This document shows positions 1-9,722 of a stretch of DNA of 64,000 bases, in pieces. Position numbers and translations under genes: made by a program. Below the pieces are notes generated by a model that worked only from the letters and a program-made list of their open reading frames with translations, was not told the DNA's origin and did not search any database. The stretch comes from Macrostomum lignano (Eukaryota): the NCBI GenBank assembly GCA_002269645.1, contig NIVC01000460.1, positions 1 to 64,000 on the forward strand, read 5' to 3'. How positions within the stretch are numbered: position 1 is the first letter of the stretch; every line of letters starts with the position of its first letter.

Positions 1-828
1 AGAAGATAATCGTATAATACTACTATAAGTAAGTAAGTACACGCATGTGCGCCTAAGCTTTGAATGAATCACGCTACCAGAAAAAGATGTTACCAGAATA
101 ATACGCCATGAGCCATTTTCCCCTTTTAGCGCAACACGTGAATTGTCATGATACTATTTTGGATCAAAAACTTGTCTATAAATACAAGCGATCTGAAGCG
201 GTACCGGAGCCATTCTCCCCACGGAAGAGGAGCGCTCCGAAGAGGAAGCCTTAGGAGGACTTCCTGATCTACCAAGTCAATCGAGACTCGGTCGAGTTGT
301 TGCGGTAAGCCTTCCTTATTTGCGCCCGTTGTGTTAGAGACGTCTCGCTCAAGTCTATTGAGACTTGAGTCTAATTGAGTCTGTTGAGACTCTTGAGTCT
401 GTTTAGACTCCATTGGTTGCAGTCTCCAGAAGGACTGCCCCTGATAGATCTTAGAGGACTATCAGTGGTTTCCGGAGCTATACCTAGAGTGCATAGAGGC
501 ACTGCTAGAAGAAGGAGGCTTAATTTAGACCGCAGTTTGGCGCAGGGTACCCATTGTTGCTACGAGGCCTCTGATTGGTCCTGACGGAAGATACCGGCCG
601 GAAGAACTTATCGGAAGTACAAGAGGAACCAGGACCAGAGCAACTGAAGAATCAAGGCGCCTGATCTACGAGATCTACTGACAAGTTCCTAGCGAGAACT
701 ACTCAAGAAATTCAAATCCGGATTAAAGGTAATTGAATACCTTCGTTTGACTTACTGGGTTGCCTAGCTGTTGAGCTAGAAGTGATTGTTCCTTGATTAT
801 CGAAAGTCGGGTAATAAGGAACACATCA
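1..828 (+). repeat. 5' LTR of element 1 (truncated by window start)
   Basis: Matches 9759-10586 with no difference seen by eye; ends ...ACACATCA; TATAAATA at 177-184, ATTAAA at 722-727. Confidence 0.95.
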
Positions 829-830
829 AT

Positions 831-848
831 TGGTGATCTCGCCCTCTC
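831..848 (+). promoter_or_regulatory. Primer binding site candidate (TGGTGATCTCG...), possibly tRNA-Trp
   Basis: TGG 2 nt after LTR end; first 11 nt can pair with a metazoan tRNA-Trp 3' end (...GGGGUCACCA) using two G:U pairs. tRNA identity uncertain. Confidence 0.55.
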
Positions 849-1543
849 GGCACTACTCAAACCTTGAGCAATAGCCTGGCCAAGCTATTGTAAAGTGACG
901 ACAGAGCGACTTCATTAATTTTGCGCGCACGTGTTAGAGTTAACACTTTTTAAGTCCGTTACGTTTTGAAACTCGAGTAAAATTTGGTGTACAGGTTTGA
1001 GCACCTGTCAAATTTGAGTACAGTTTGAGCACGCGTGTTAAAATTTTGTTTTGACGAGCTCGAGCAAGTGTGAGTTTAAAACAAAACCGAAATTAACTTC
1101 GTCGGTACACTGAAAACAAACCGAAAATAAAAGAATCGTCGACGCAAAACAAACAAAAAATAACTGAAACATTTTGCCGGCACAAAAACTAAAACAAAAC
1201 CGAAATTAATTGAAACTTCGTGGAGAGCAGAGTTAATTGACAAAAGAGAGAGAGTCAAAGAAGAGAAGAAAGACTTTGCAAAGCAAGAAGACAAGTCCAC
1301 TTCAACTTGAAGATACACTTTGCGGGACGCCGCATAAGTGCGAAATCAGCAAGCGAACAGAACAAGTTCATTTGAGGACAACCAGTGGCAGCAAGCCACA
1401 CCGCATCCGAGGCCAGCGAATAACAAATCGACACCACAAGGCAATTCGTTACAGTCGAGGTTTATTCCGAGGCAAACACCACACTGGACGATCCGTTACA
1501 AATCGATCCAGATCTTGAACTACCGTTCTACCCTATCAACAAC

Positions 1544-4500
1544 ATGGCGCGGCGCAATCCAACGGTACACAGAGACATCAAAGAAACGGTCGGTACTTTC
1601 TCGATGGAGAAAGATTTTAACACATTTGTCGACCATTTTGACCTGGTATGTAGGGAATACAACCTACAAAATCCAGAGAAGGCACAGCTGCTGCCACCTC
1701 TTCTCCAAGGTACTGCGCGAGAAATTTACGGCAAGCTGGATGCGGCAACACAGCAAAATTATCCAGCACTAATCATTCAACTGCGCGCGCATTTCAACCG
1801 TTGCGGCACAAACAGATCAGTGCTGCTGCACAAGTTGCATAACAGAAGGATGCAAGCAACAGAATCCTTCCTCGCCTTTGTGGACGATATCCGCCAGATA
1901 ATTAAGGCACTGCATCAGCCACCGCTGCAAGCTGCGGACCAACCACCACTGGGAGCGGCAGAATTGGCCGCCAGAGAAAGACAACGATTGATGGATCGTG
2001 AACAAAACCTCATCCTGCACGTAATAAACAACGCACAGCCGTCACTTCGGGATAGACTTTTGCGTGAAAATATCGAAACCGAAGAAGACCTTTTGCGTTG
2101 CGGAATGCAATGGGAAGCCAGTGCCCCATTAATGACGACAGGCAACAATGAAGTGCAGAAACTGACGCAGCAACTAAACAAGTTAATGCAGCACCAGACA
2201 GCTGCTATCGCCGAACAAAAAAGACGAAATGAACAAGCCTCAGCCAGATGTTACTACTGCGGACAAGAAGGACATTATCAGATTAATTGTCCTCATTGGT
2301 CAACAAGATACGACAAGCCGCGACAGATATTCAACAATCAGAAGCCGCAGAAACCATGGCAGCACTATCAAAATCGCCAACAACAAGGAATGAGACGCTT
2401 CGGAAATGATAGACGCTTCGGAAATAATGACCGCTCCGGAAATGATGGCCGCTTCGGAAACGAAGGCCGCTTCAGAAGTAATGGCTACAGGCCACGCAAC
2501 GTCAGATACACACAAAGACAGCCGACGCAAGCAATGCCACGATACGCGAATGCCATCACGTACACACCGGAAAATGAACAGCAAGAACAGCAAGTGTTCA
2601 CAATTGACGACTTGGAAATGGACTTCACAGTCCCGGAACTTGACATCAGCTTGATCGAAAAGAAGACGACGCACGAGGACAACACTGACAACACAGAAGA
2701 GACGAATGAAACCGAAATGATCAAATTAAAAGAGACCACCGGAGACAGCAGAGAAAACAGGAAGAAAGTAAATCACAAGACAAGGGAGGAGGCGGAGAGC
2801 GACATCGGCAACGAAGAAAAGATGAAAACCGGCGAAGAAAACAACTATGAATCGACAACAGTGGATGACGACAAAACGAGCATGAAAGACAAAGAAATGA
2901 AAGAAGAAGAAGAATGTAGAAGTTACGGCAACGACCACGACTGCGAGGTGCGTGATGACACGAACGACTACCAAGCCGAAAGAGGAATGCAGGAAGAACC
3001 GAGAGCGGAGAATCTAAGTTCCGACAGCGATCAAGGCTACGAAATACAATGGAAAGATGAAGAAATGGAAAAAGAACAGGTGAAAGAAAAGCCGAGTTCC
3101 GACAGCGACGAATGCTACGAGATCCGATACAAACGAAATGGTGAAGCCTATATTCAAACGGTCGACTACAAGACAGAGAAAAGATACCAAACGCAATGGA
3201 GTGAAACAACGGAAACATCGGAAGAAGCCGCAGACGAAGATAATGAAATAACCAAAAAGCAAAGCGAATCAGAAGCCTTCCGCCTGGATCAGCCAATGGA
3301 ACAACCGAAAGAATATGATGCGGACATGGAAGATAACGAATGGCGATCGCAGCCAATGCCAGCAAGGACAACGGCAAAATCCAAGAAGTGGAAAAACTGG
3401 CTATTCTGGATCATCGTGATACTACTGATAGCAGTAGTCGCCAAAGCAACGGCAACGGAAAAGCCAATGATTTGTCCAACGGATGCGCATATCCAACCGA
3501 TGATCTACAAGATACCAACCGACATCAAATGCAGTTACTTCAAGACAAACCAGACAAAACCAAAGAAGATTACACTCGATCTCTACAAGGCTAACATCAA
3601 GAAGCATCGACAACACGGGATAGTATGCTTCAGAGACAAGCACCTGGTGGAAAAAGTTTGGCGCGGACAATGGAACCGGATCCGATTTAAACAACATGAG
3701 CTACATGTGTCGCACGCGGAATGCCTACAATGGAATCAAACACTATTTTCAAAGGATGGTGAACTGGAACCAGATGAGAAGGTCGGCAACGCACAGCTGT
3801 TCAGAACAAAGAATTCAGCCAACGGTCGATATATTCACTTCTTCGGAAAATGGAAAGAATATATGGCACGCAACAGCTACTTGATCAGAAATATTCCATT
3901 CTACTACAATCCGTACGAGAAAATGGAATCGTTACAGCTGCAACTAAGCGAATGTCGATACAGTGAAGGATGGTGTCCAACGCCGATTCTACGGAAGGAA
4001 GAACTACACAGTCTACCACTGAGTCCAACATATCATCAAGACTATCGATGGCAGATTGAGCACAGAGCACAATCACACTATGAGGAACCGTACAAATCAC
4101 GACAATACTTCTTCGCGTGGGAAGTTGAGCCGGAAATTGACTGCAAGCTTCAAAAGTATCACACAGTTGAAGGAGGACTACTGTCAAATACGTTTTTGGC
4201 AAAGTCAGGAGACTTGGCACTGACGTTTCAAAAGAAACCAGTCGAGCAAAAACTGAAATGCAAGGATACAGACAAGACACTATTCATCTCGGAACAAGAG
4301 ATACCAGTCTACGTAAAGGATGAAGACAAACAAACCTTCTTGGCAATCATCAATGGAACGTATCAGCAACAAGAAAAACAGAATAGAAGACGACGTGACA
4401 TCGAACGTCCCAAACTGGTGTCAAACCGGCTGTTGTCAGCAAAGATAACGGCTTTGGATCACAATCTACACAACCAGTTAAACCACTTGCATCGAACACT

Positions 4501-5344
4501 GGTCCAGCTAACTTGCAAAATGCACGCAATCAACTTAAATTATGCCAGACAAAACTACTATGTCAACCCTACGATGACTTTTCGTAAAATCACCGGAATG
4601 ACGAACGTTTTGGCAGTTCCAATATACGAGCATCTGTTGATATACAAGTGCACGCCGATACAGCACTTTAACATCTTGCCGTCAAACACGTCAACAACCT
4701 GCTACGATAAGCCAAGGATTGAAGCGTTCTACGAAGGAAAACGAATTCAGGGATTCTTGGACACGGTACACAACATCATCGTTGGCACCGCAATACCGAG
4801 ACCTTGCACCACGGCAGTAAACTACTATCAACTGGACAATGCACTACACGTCATCAAAACAACTGGAACGACAGCAAACGTCACAGAACCGGAAGTAATC
4901 GTCGACGAAAACTACGACATGGAGGATTTGAAAATCCGATTCAACAGAACGAAGTATACGCCATTCGCCGATATCCAACTTGACGAGATAACACCAGGAT
5001 GGACGATCAACGACTTCTTGCAAGCGTTCATCACCCAACGCAAGATGATTCACCAGCTGTTCACAAGAAAGGACAAAGGAACCGGGACAGGAAGATTTCC
5101 CGTCCTTGTTTCAATGGACAGCGCCATCAAATCATTTTGGACAAATAGCTTCTGGGAGCTGCTCAATGGAAGAGGCAGTCTCTATCAAGGATTCATCTTC
5201 TACGGTGCTTGCATTGTGTGGATTGTCACGGCAATCTTCATCATTTCATCGATCGTACGGTGCTTCAGTCAAACTTGTCCAAGAGCTAAGAAGACAGTGA
5301 ATGCCATAATGCAAAGAACGACAACGGAAGCGACAACAGTTTAG
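1544..5344 (+). CDS. gag-env: Gag-Env polyprotein (1266 aa): capsid, CCHC knuckle, acidic linker, internal signal peptide, class III (gB/chuvirus-like) glycoprotein with C-terminal TM
   Basis: CYYCGQEGHYQINC knuckle at 2249-2290; hydrophobic WKNWLFWIIVILLIAVVAKATA from 3389; RRRR furin-type site 4385-4396; Cys-rich NPT..C..CY.KP...GFLD..C block; several N-x-S/T sites; TM FIFYGACIVWIVTAIFIISSIV about 5192-5257. Confidence 0.88.
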   Translation: MARRNPTVHRDIKETVGTFSMEKDFNTFVDHFDLVCREYNLQNPEKAQLLPPLLQGTAREIYGKLDAATQQNYPALIIQLRAHFNRCGTNRSVLLHKLHNRRMQATESFLAFVDDIRQIIKALHQPPLQAADQPPLGAAELAARERQRLMDREQNLILHVINNAQPSLRDRLLRENIETEEDLLRCGMQWEASAPLMTTGNNEVQKLTQQLNKLMQHQTAAIAEQKRRNEQASARCYYCGQEGHYQINCPHWSTRYDKPRQIFNNQKPQKPWQHYQNRQQQGMRRFGNDRRFGNNDRSGNDGRFGNEGRFRSNGYRPRNVRYTQRQPTQAMPRYANAITYTPENEQQEQQVFTIDDLEMDFTVPELDISLIEKKTTHEDNTDNTEETNETEMIKLKETTGDSRENRKKVNHKTREEAESDIGNEEKMKTGEENNYESTTVDDDKTSMKDKEMKEEEECRSYGNDHDCEVRDDTNDYQAERGMQEEPRAENLSSDSDQGYEIQWKDEEMEKEQVKEKPSSDSDECYEIRYKRNGEAYIQTVDYKTEKRYQTQWSETTETSEEAADEDNEITKKQSESEAFRLDQPMEQPKEYDADMEDNEWRSQPMPARTTAKSKKWKNWLFWIIVILLIAVVAKATATEKPMICPTDAHIQPMIYKIPTDIKCSYFKTNQTKPKKITLDLYKANIKKHRQHGIVCFRDKHLVEKVWRGQWNRIRFKQHELHVSHAECLQWNQTLFSKDGELEPDEKVGNAQLFRTKNSANGRYIHFFGKWKEYMARNSYLIRNIPFYYNPYEKMESLQLQLSECRYSEGWCPTPILRKEELHSLPLSPTYHQDYRWQIEHRAQSHYEEPYKSRQYFFAWEVEPEIDCKLQKYHTVEGGLLSNTFLAKSGDLALTFQKKPVEQKLKCKDTDKTLFISEQEIPVYVKDEDKQTFLAIINGTYQQQEKQNRRRRDIERPKLVSNRLLSAKITALDHNLHNQLNHLHRTLVQLTCKMHAINLNYARQNYYVNPTMTFRKITGMTNVLAVPIYEHLLIYKCTPIQHFNILPSNTSTTCYDKPRIEAFYEGKRIQGFLDTVHNIIVGTAIPRPCTTAVNYYQLDNALHVIKTTGTTANVTEPEVIVDENYDMEDLKIRFNRTKYTPFADIQLDEITPGWTINDFLQAFITQRKMIHQLFTRKDKGTGTGRFPVLVSMDSAIKSFWTNSFWELLNGRGSLYQGFIFYGACIVWIVTAIFIISSIVRCFSQTCPRAKKTVNAIMQRTTTEATTV

Positions 5345-5529
5345 AACTAACAGAAACTGCACATTGTGAGGTTCAAGGGCAACCGACACTAGCAACGCGG
5401 CTATATCCATCGATTCCGACAACACCAACGGCACCAAGGATACAACCACCCAACTATCAAGCAGAACAGCACGAGCCAAAATGGCCGGAAAACTACGTCT
5501 GTACGCTACACGCCGAGATTGGCAAAGCA

Positions 5530-8500
5530 ATGGCTCAGGTCATTGTCAACAACTTGCCATGTCGAGCACTACTGGATTCAGGCAGCTCGATCACAGTCAT
5601 CTCGCAACAATTATGCAACAAGCTACGACTCGCGGTACGACCAGCAGCAATCGCAGTTGCAGGAGCAGGAGGACATTCACTCAACATCCTAGGAAAAGCA
5701 GATATCGACTTGAAAATTGCTAATAAACAGCTGACGGTCCCGACGTACATCATCGACAGACTACCAAACCAAGACGTCATCGTTGGAATCGACACGTTCA
5801 AGCAGCTTCAACTACCATTGACCTTCGACTTCAACAAGCAAACGTTTAGGATCGACACGGTGGAGCAACCGCTGATCAACCAGATTCGAGTACTACCGAA
5901 AGTAACTCTGCAGCAAGATGTCATTATCCAGCCTGAAAGCGCATGCTGGGTCAGAGCGAAAACGACCAGCGCGGCAGATGAAGCAATGATATTTGATCCA
6001 CACAGGAGAGTCACGGCAAAACATCAAATCATGATGCCTACGGCACTAGTGCTGGTTGCAAAGGATAAGCAACTGCCAGTACAAATCTTCAACCCGAACA
6101 CAGAAACGGTTCATCTACGACAAGGAATGTGCATCGGTCATCTCAACACCCAAGCATCGGTTATGCTGATTGAACAAGCGACTCCACGACTAACAGAGGA
6201 AGAATTTCAAAAGAAGATCAATTTGGATGACAGCCCGATTACGGAACAGCAAAAGAGGAAAGTTCGACAGCTGTTGTGGAAGTACAACGAAGCCTTCTGC
6301 CATCATGATTACGACATCGGACGAGCCAAGGACATCAAACAGGAAATCAAACTTCTGCCGCACACGGAACCAATTCAGTGCAAGCCGTACCCGATCGCCA
6401 AGCATCTGCAACAACACTTTGACGAAATCATCGATAAAATGCTAAAGCACGGCATCATCAGCAAAGCTATTTCGGCTTACTCCTCACCGTGCCTACTGGT
6501 ACAGAAGAAGGAGACAAACGAAAGACGACTCGTATGCGACTTCAGACTGTTGAACAAGTACATACCGACGGATCAGCAAAGCCTACCGAAGATCTCCGAA
6601 CTACTAGCAAAGCTCAACACGGCAAAATTGTTCACGGTGTTCGACCTACGTCATGGATTTTGGCAAATTGAAATCGAGAAAGAGTCACGACAGTACACGG
6701 CTTTCAAAACCTACAATGGACAAGTATACGAGTACAATCGATCGCCGATGGGACTTAGCAACAGCCCAGCAACGATGAGTCGACTAACAGCATACATGCT
6801 AGCAGGATGCACGAACCTGCTGCACTATGTCGACGACATTTTAGCCTACGGAGAGGATTTCGAGCGACTCTACGAAGCTACGGAGAAGGCCCTAGCGCTC
6901 ATTCAACGCCAAGGTCTGAAGCTACAACCAACTAAATGCAAATTCTTCCGAGACAACGTGCGTTACCTGGGACATCAGGTGACAGCCAAAGGAATCTCAC
7001 CGGACCCAGACAACGTGGAAAAGGTGAAGAAGTTTCCTACGCCAACCAGTATAACGAAGGTCCAATCATTCCTTGGACTTGCGCAATACTTCAGGAAGTT
7101 CTTACCTAACTTCGCAAAGACAGCAAAGCCACTGTACGACCTGCTCAAGTTCGACAAATGGAAGCAAGACAACTGGACACAGAGACAACAGGAAAGTTTC
7201 GACGAAATCAAACGACAGCTGACATCAGACGCACTGCTACAGCATCCGGACTTCGACAAGCCCTTCATCATCGAGACAGACGCCTCAGGAACGGGACTCG
7301 GAGCAGTCCTACTACAGGAAACCGAGGACAAGAAGGAACGACCTATTGCCTACGTCAGTCGAGCACTCAAACCAAATGAAACAAAGTGGTCAGCTACGGA
7401 ACGAGAGCTACTAGGAGTCTTGTTCGCCCTGCGACAGTTTCATTACTACATCTATGGTTCTCCAATACAGACGATAGTACGCACGGATCATGCACCATTG
7501 ACCTACGTCGTAACTACAAAAGGACAGACCAACAACCGACTCATCAGAATGACACTCAAGATCCAGGATTACAACTACAAACTCGTCTACAAACCAGGAA
7601 TTACCAACAAAGCCGCGGACGCCCTGTCAAGAGCCTATGAAGTCAACGCCATTCATCCAATCCCTAACATCAAGGAGTTGGTGGATGAAACCGAGCGCGA
7701 CAACTTCTACCAAGCGGTTAAAGACGACGACAAGAACATCAAACTCAGTCCCATGGAACGAAAATTCCTACGCAAGCAACGACAACACCTAACAATCAAT
7801 AAGTCACGGCTCTACTGGATGAGCGACAATAAACCCAAGATCTACATACCATATTCGTTTCGGCAAGCAATTCTCAACGAGCTACACGACAACCCACTCG
7901 CTGGACACCTGTCGGCAGCAAAGACCATCGCGAGAGTGGAACAATACTACTTTTGGCCAACTATGTACGGCGACATCAAGCAGTATTGCAACAACTGCCA
8001 TTCATGTGCTGCATCAAAGACAGGACGACGACAGAAACCGCAGCTACAGTCCATTCCGAAGTCGACTACAATGGACTGTCTAAGCATCGACATCACCGGA
8101 CCGCTACCACCGAGCTGTCTCCAGGGCATCGCCTACACCTACATTCTAACCGCCTTGGATATCTTCTCGAAGTTTGCTATCGCCATACCGATACCGGACA
8201 TCACAGCTCAGACAGTGGCAATGAGTTTCTTCAACGAAATCATTTGCAAGTACGGCACGCCGAAGAACCTCACATCGGACAACGGATCGCAGTTTACATC
8301 GCAACTGTTTCAGCAAGTCGTAAGGATTCTCAACATTACGCAGATCTACACATCGACCTACAATCCGAAGGCAAACATGGTTGAACGGTTTCACCGCAAC
8401 CTGCACGAGATGATTACACATTTCGCGCACCAACAGCCGGAAGACTGGATCATCTACCTGCAATCTGTAACAATGGCCTACAACAGCGCTATTCATCGAT

Positions 8501-9039
8501 CAACGGACAATACGCCATTCTTCCTAATGTTTGGACGAGACTTCCAACCGCCGAATCTGCTCGCACAGCAATTGCTACCATCGCAGTACGTGGAAGTACC
8601 GACTTCCATTCAGAAATTCGTCACGCAACTACACCTCGCATGGAAGATCGCCAAGCACAACATTGACAACCAGGTGGCTCTGACCACCGGCAACGACGCG
8701 AGATCGACAACCCTGACGGCCGGCGACATCGTCTACCTACACTACCCGCCACAGCAGACGCATAAACATGCACAGAAGTACAAAGGACCCTATCGAGTGG
8801 TCCAACTAACGTCACCAACAACGGCACGCCTGGCTAATGTACAAGATCCACATCAGCACCAGTTCTACGTACACATTCATCGACTAAAGAAGATCAACAC
8901 TGACACAGCGACGTTTCTACCGACATTAGACAACGCTGATCGCACGCGTTCAACGAACCGCCACATCGCGACGAAGCACGAGGAGACTCAAACGACAGAT
9001 GTGAGCCAGCCACATGGCTACAACCTACGACCACGCTAG
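5530..9039 (+). CDS. pol: Pol: aspartic protease, RT, RNase H, integrase (frame open from 5290)
   Basis: LLDSGS protease, YVDD RT (6826), FIIETDASG RNase H, HDNPLAGH..CHSC zinc finger, integrase SIDITGP / SDNGSQF / VERFHR; no internal stops. Confidence 0.97.
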   Translation: MAQVIVNNLPCRALLDSGSSITVISQQLCNKLRLAVRPAAIAVAGAGGHSLNILGKADIDLKIANKQLTVPTYIIDRLPNQDVIVGIDTFKQLQLPLTFDFNKQTFRIDTVEQPLINQIRVLPKVTLQQDVIIQPESACWVRAKTTSAADEAMIFDPHRRVTAKHQIMMPTALVLVAKDKQLPVQIFNPNTETVHLRQGMCIGHLNTQASVMLIEQATPRLTEEEFQKKINLDDSPITEQQKRKVRQLLWKYNEAFCHHDYDIGRAKDIKQEIKLLPHTEPIQCKPYPIAKHLQQHFDEIIDKMLKHGIISKAISAYSSPCLLVQKKETNERRLVCDFRLLNKYIPTDQQSLPKISELLAKLNTAKLFTVFDLRHGFWQIEIEKESRQYTAFKTYNGQVYEYNRSPMGLSNSPATMSRLTAYMLAGCTNLLHYVDDILAYGEDFERLYEATEKALALIQRQGLKLQPTKCKFFRDNVRYLGHQVTAKGISPDPDNVEKVKKFPTPTSITKVQSFLGLAQYFRKFLPNFAKTAKPLYDLLKFDKWKQDNWTQRQQESFDEIKRQLTSDALLQHPDFDKPFIIETDASGTGLGAVLLQETEDKKERPIAYVSRALKPNETKWSATERELLGVLFALRQFHYYIYGSPIQTIVRTDHAPLTYVVTTKGQTNNRLIRMTLKIQDYNYKLVYKPGITNKAADALSRAYEVNAIHPIPNIKELVDETERDNFYQAVKDDDKNIKLSPMERKFLRKQRQHLTINKSRLYWMSDNKPKIYIPYSFRQAILNELHDNPLAGHLSAAKTIARVEQYYFWPTMYGDIKQYCNNCHSCAASKTGRRQKPQLQSIPKSTTMDCLSIDITGPLPPSCLQGIAYTYILTALDIFSKFAIAIPIPDITAQTVAMSFFNEIICKYGTPKNLTSDNGSQFTSQLFQQVVRILNITQIYTSTYNPKANMVERFHRNLHEMITHFAHQQPEDWIIYLQSVTMAYNSAIHRSTDNTPFFLMFGRDFQPPNLLAQQLLPSQYVEVPTSIQKFVTQLHLAWKIAKHNIDNQVALTTGNDARSTTLTAGDIVYLHYPPQQTHKHAQKYKGPYRVVQLTSPTTARLANVQDPHQHQFYVHIHRLKKINTDTATFLPTLDNADRTRSTNRHIATKHEETQTTDVSQPHGYNLRPR

Positions 9040-9159
9040 AGTTTAGAGAACAACCCCGTGTAGTGACCGGGATAAAGAATAGCACTACAGCTTCGCAAGC
9101 TTGTCGTAAAAGGCGACTAATCCGAGCGACACAAAGACAGCGACAAATTGACGACAATT

Positions 9160-9594
9160 ATGGGCAACGCACTGTCAAAACAGGCGCCCCAGCCTCAGCA
9201 GCTATATGACTGCCCGATATGTTTAACTGATGACTTGGCTGTCAAGCCACCGACTATTTGCATCAATGGACATAAAGTTTGCGGACAATGTTTAAGTGAT
9301 TCACACTATATTCAGCCCTGGCAGAGTTGTCCCCTCTGTAGAGATAGTTTGCGACAATGTGCCTATTGTTATTCTTGGCGCACGTTTCAATATTGTAACC
9401 ACCAACATTTTATTTGCATGCACTGTTTGAAGCAAACCGCTAGTAGGGGCATTATAGGATGCCCCTTATGTAATAGTATGCCGCGAGACTGCACGTTTCG
9501 AAAGTGGTGTCGTATCAAACCTGATGCCACTCGATGTCTACGCGATATTCGAGTTTTGACCGCTATATGTACTGAAAAGTTTTTAGAGTTTTGA
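9160..9594 (+). CDS. Accessory double-RING zinc-finger protein with N-myristoylation motif (144 aa)
   Basis: ATG at 9160 gives MGNALSK; RING1 CPIC..CINGHKVCGQC..CPLC; RING2 CAYC..CNHQHFICMHC..CPLC; lies between integrase stop and PPT. Confidence 0.85.
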   Translation: MGNALSKQAPQPQQLYDCPICLTDDLAVKPPTICINGHKVCGQCLSDSHYIQPWQSCPLCRDSLRQCAYCYSWRTFQYCNHQHFICMHCLKQTASRGIIGCPLCNSMPRDCTFRKWCRIKPDATRCLRDIRVLTAICTEKFLEF

Positions 9595-9683
9595 CCAAAC
9601 CCTCGCTTCTCTAGACGCGCACAAAATCAATTGTTTATTTCCTATATTACCTGATCACCGCAGAATTTTATTATTTCATTGTT

Positions 9684-9720
9684 AAAACTCGGGACGAGTT
9701 TTTTCGTAAAAAAGGGAGAT
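9684..9720 (+). promoter_or_regulatory. Pre-PPT hairpin and polypurine tract
   Basis: AAAACTCG-GGA-CGAGTTTT hairpin followed by AAAAAAGGGAGA, just upstream of the TG start of the 3' LTR. Confidence 0.8.
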
Positions 9721-9722
9721 TT

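Noticed and set aside
1237-1518. Upstream basic ORF before gag of element 1
   Set aside because: TTG start, no recognisable motif, purine-rich leader easily yields open frames.
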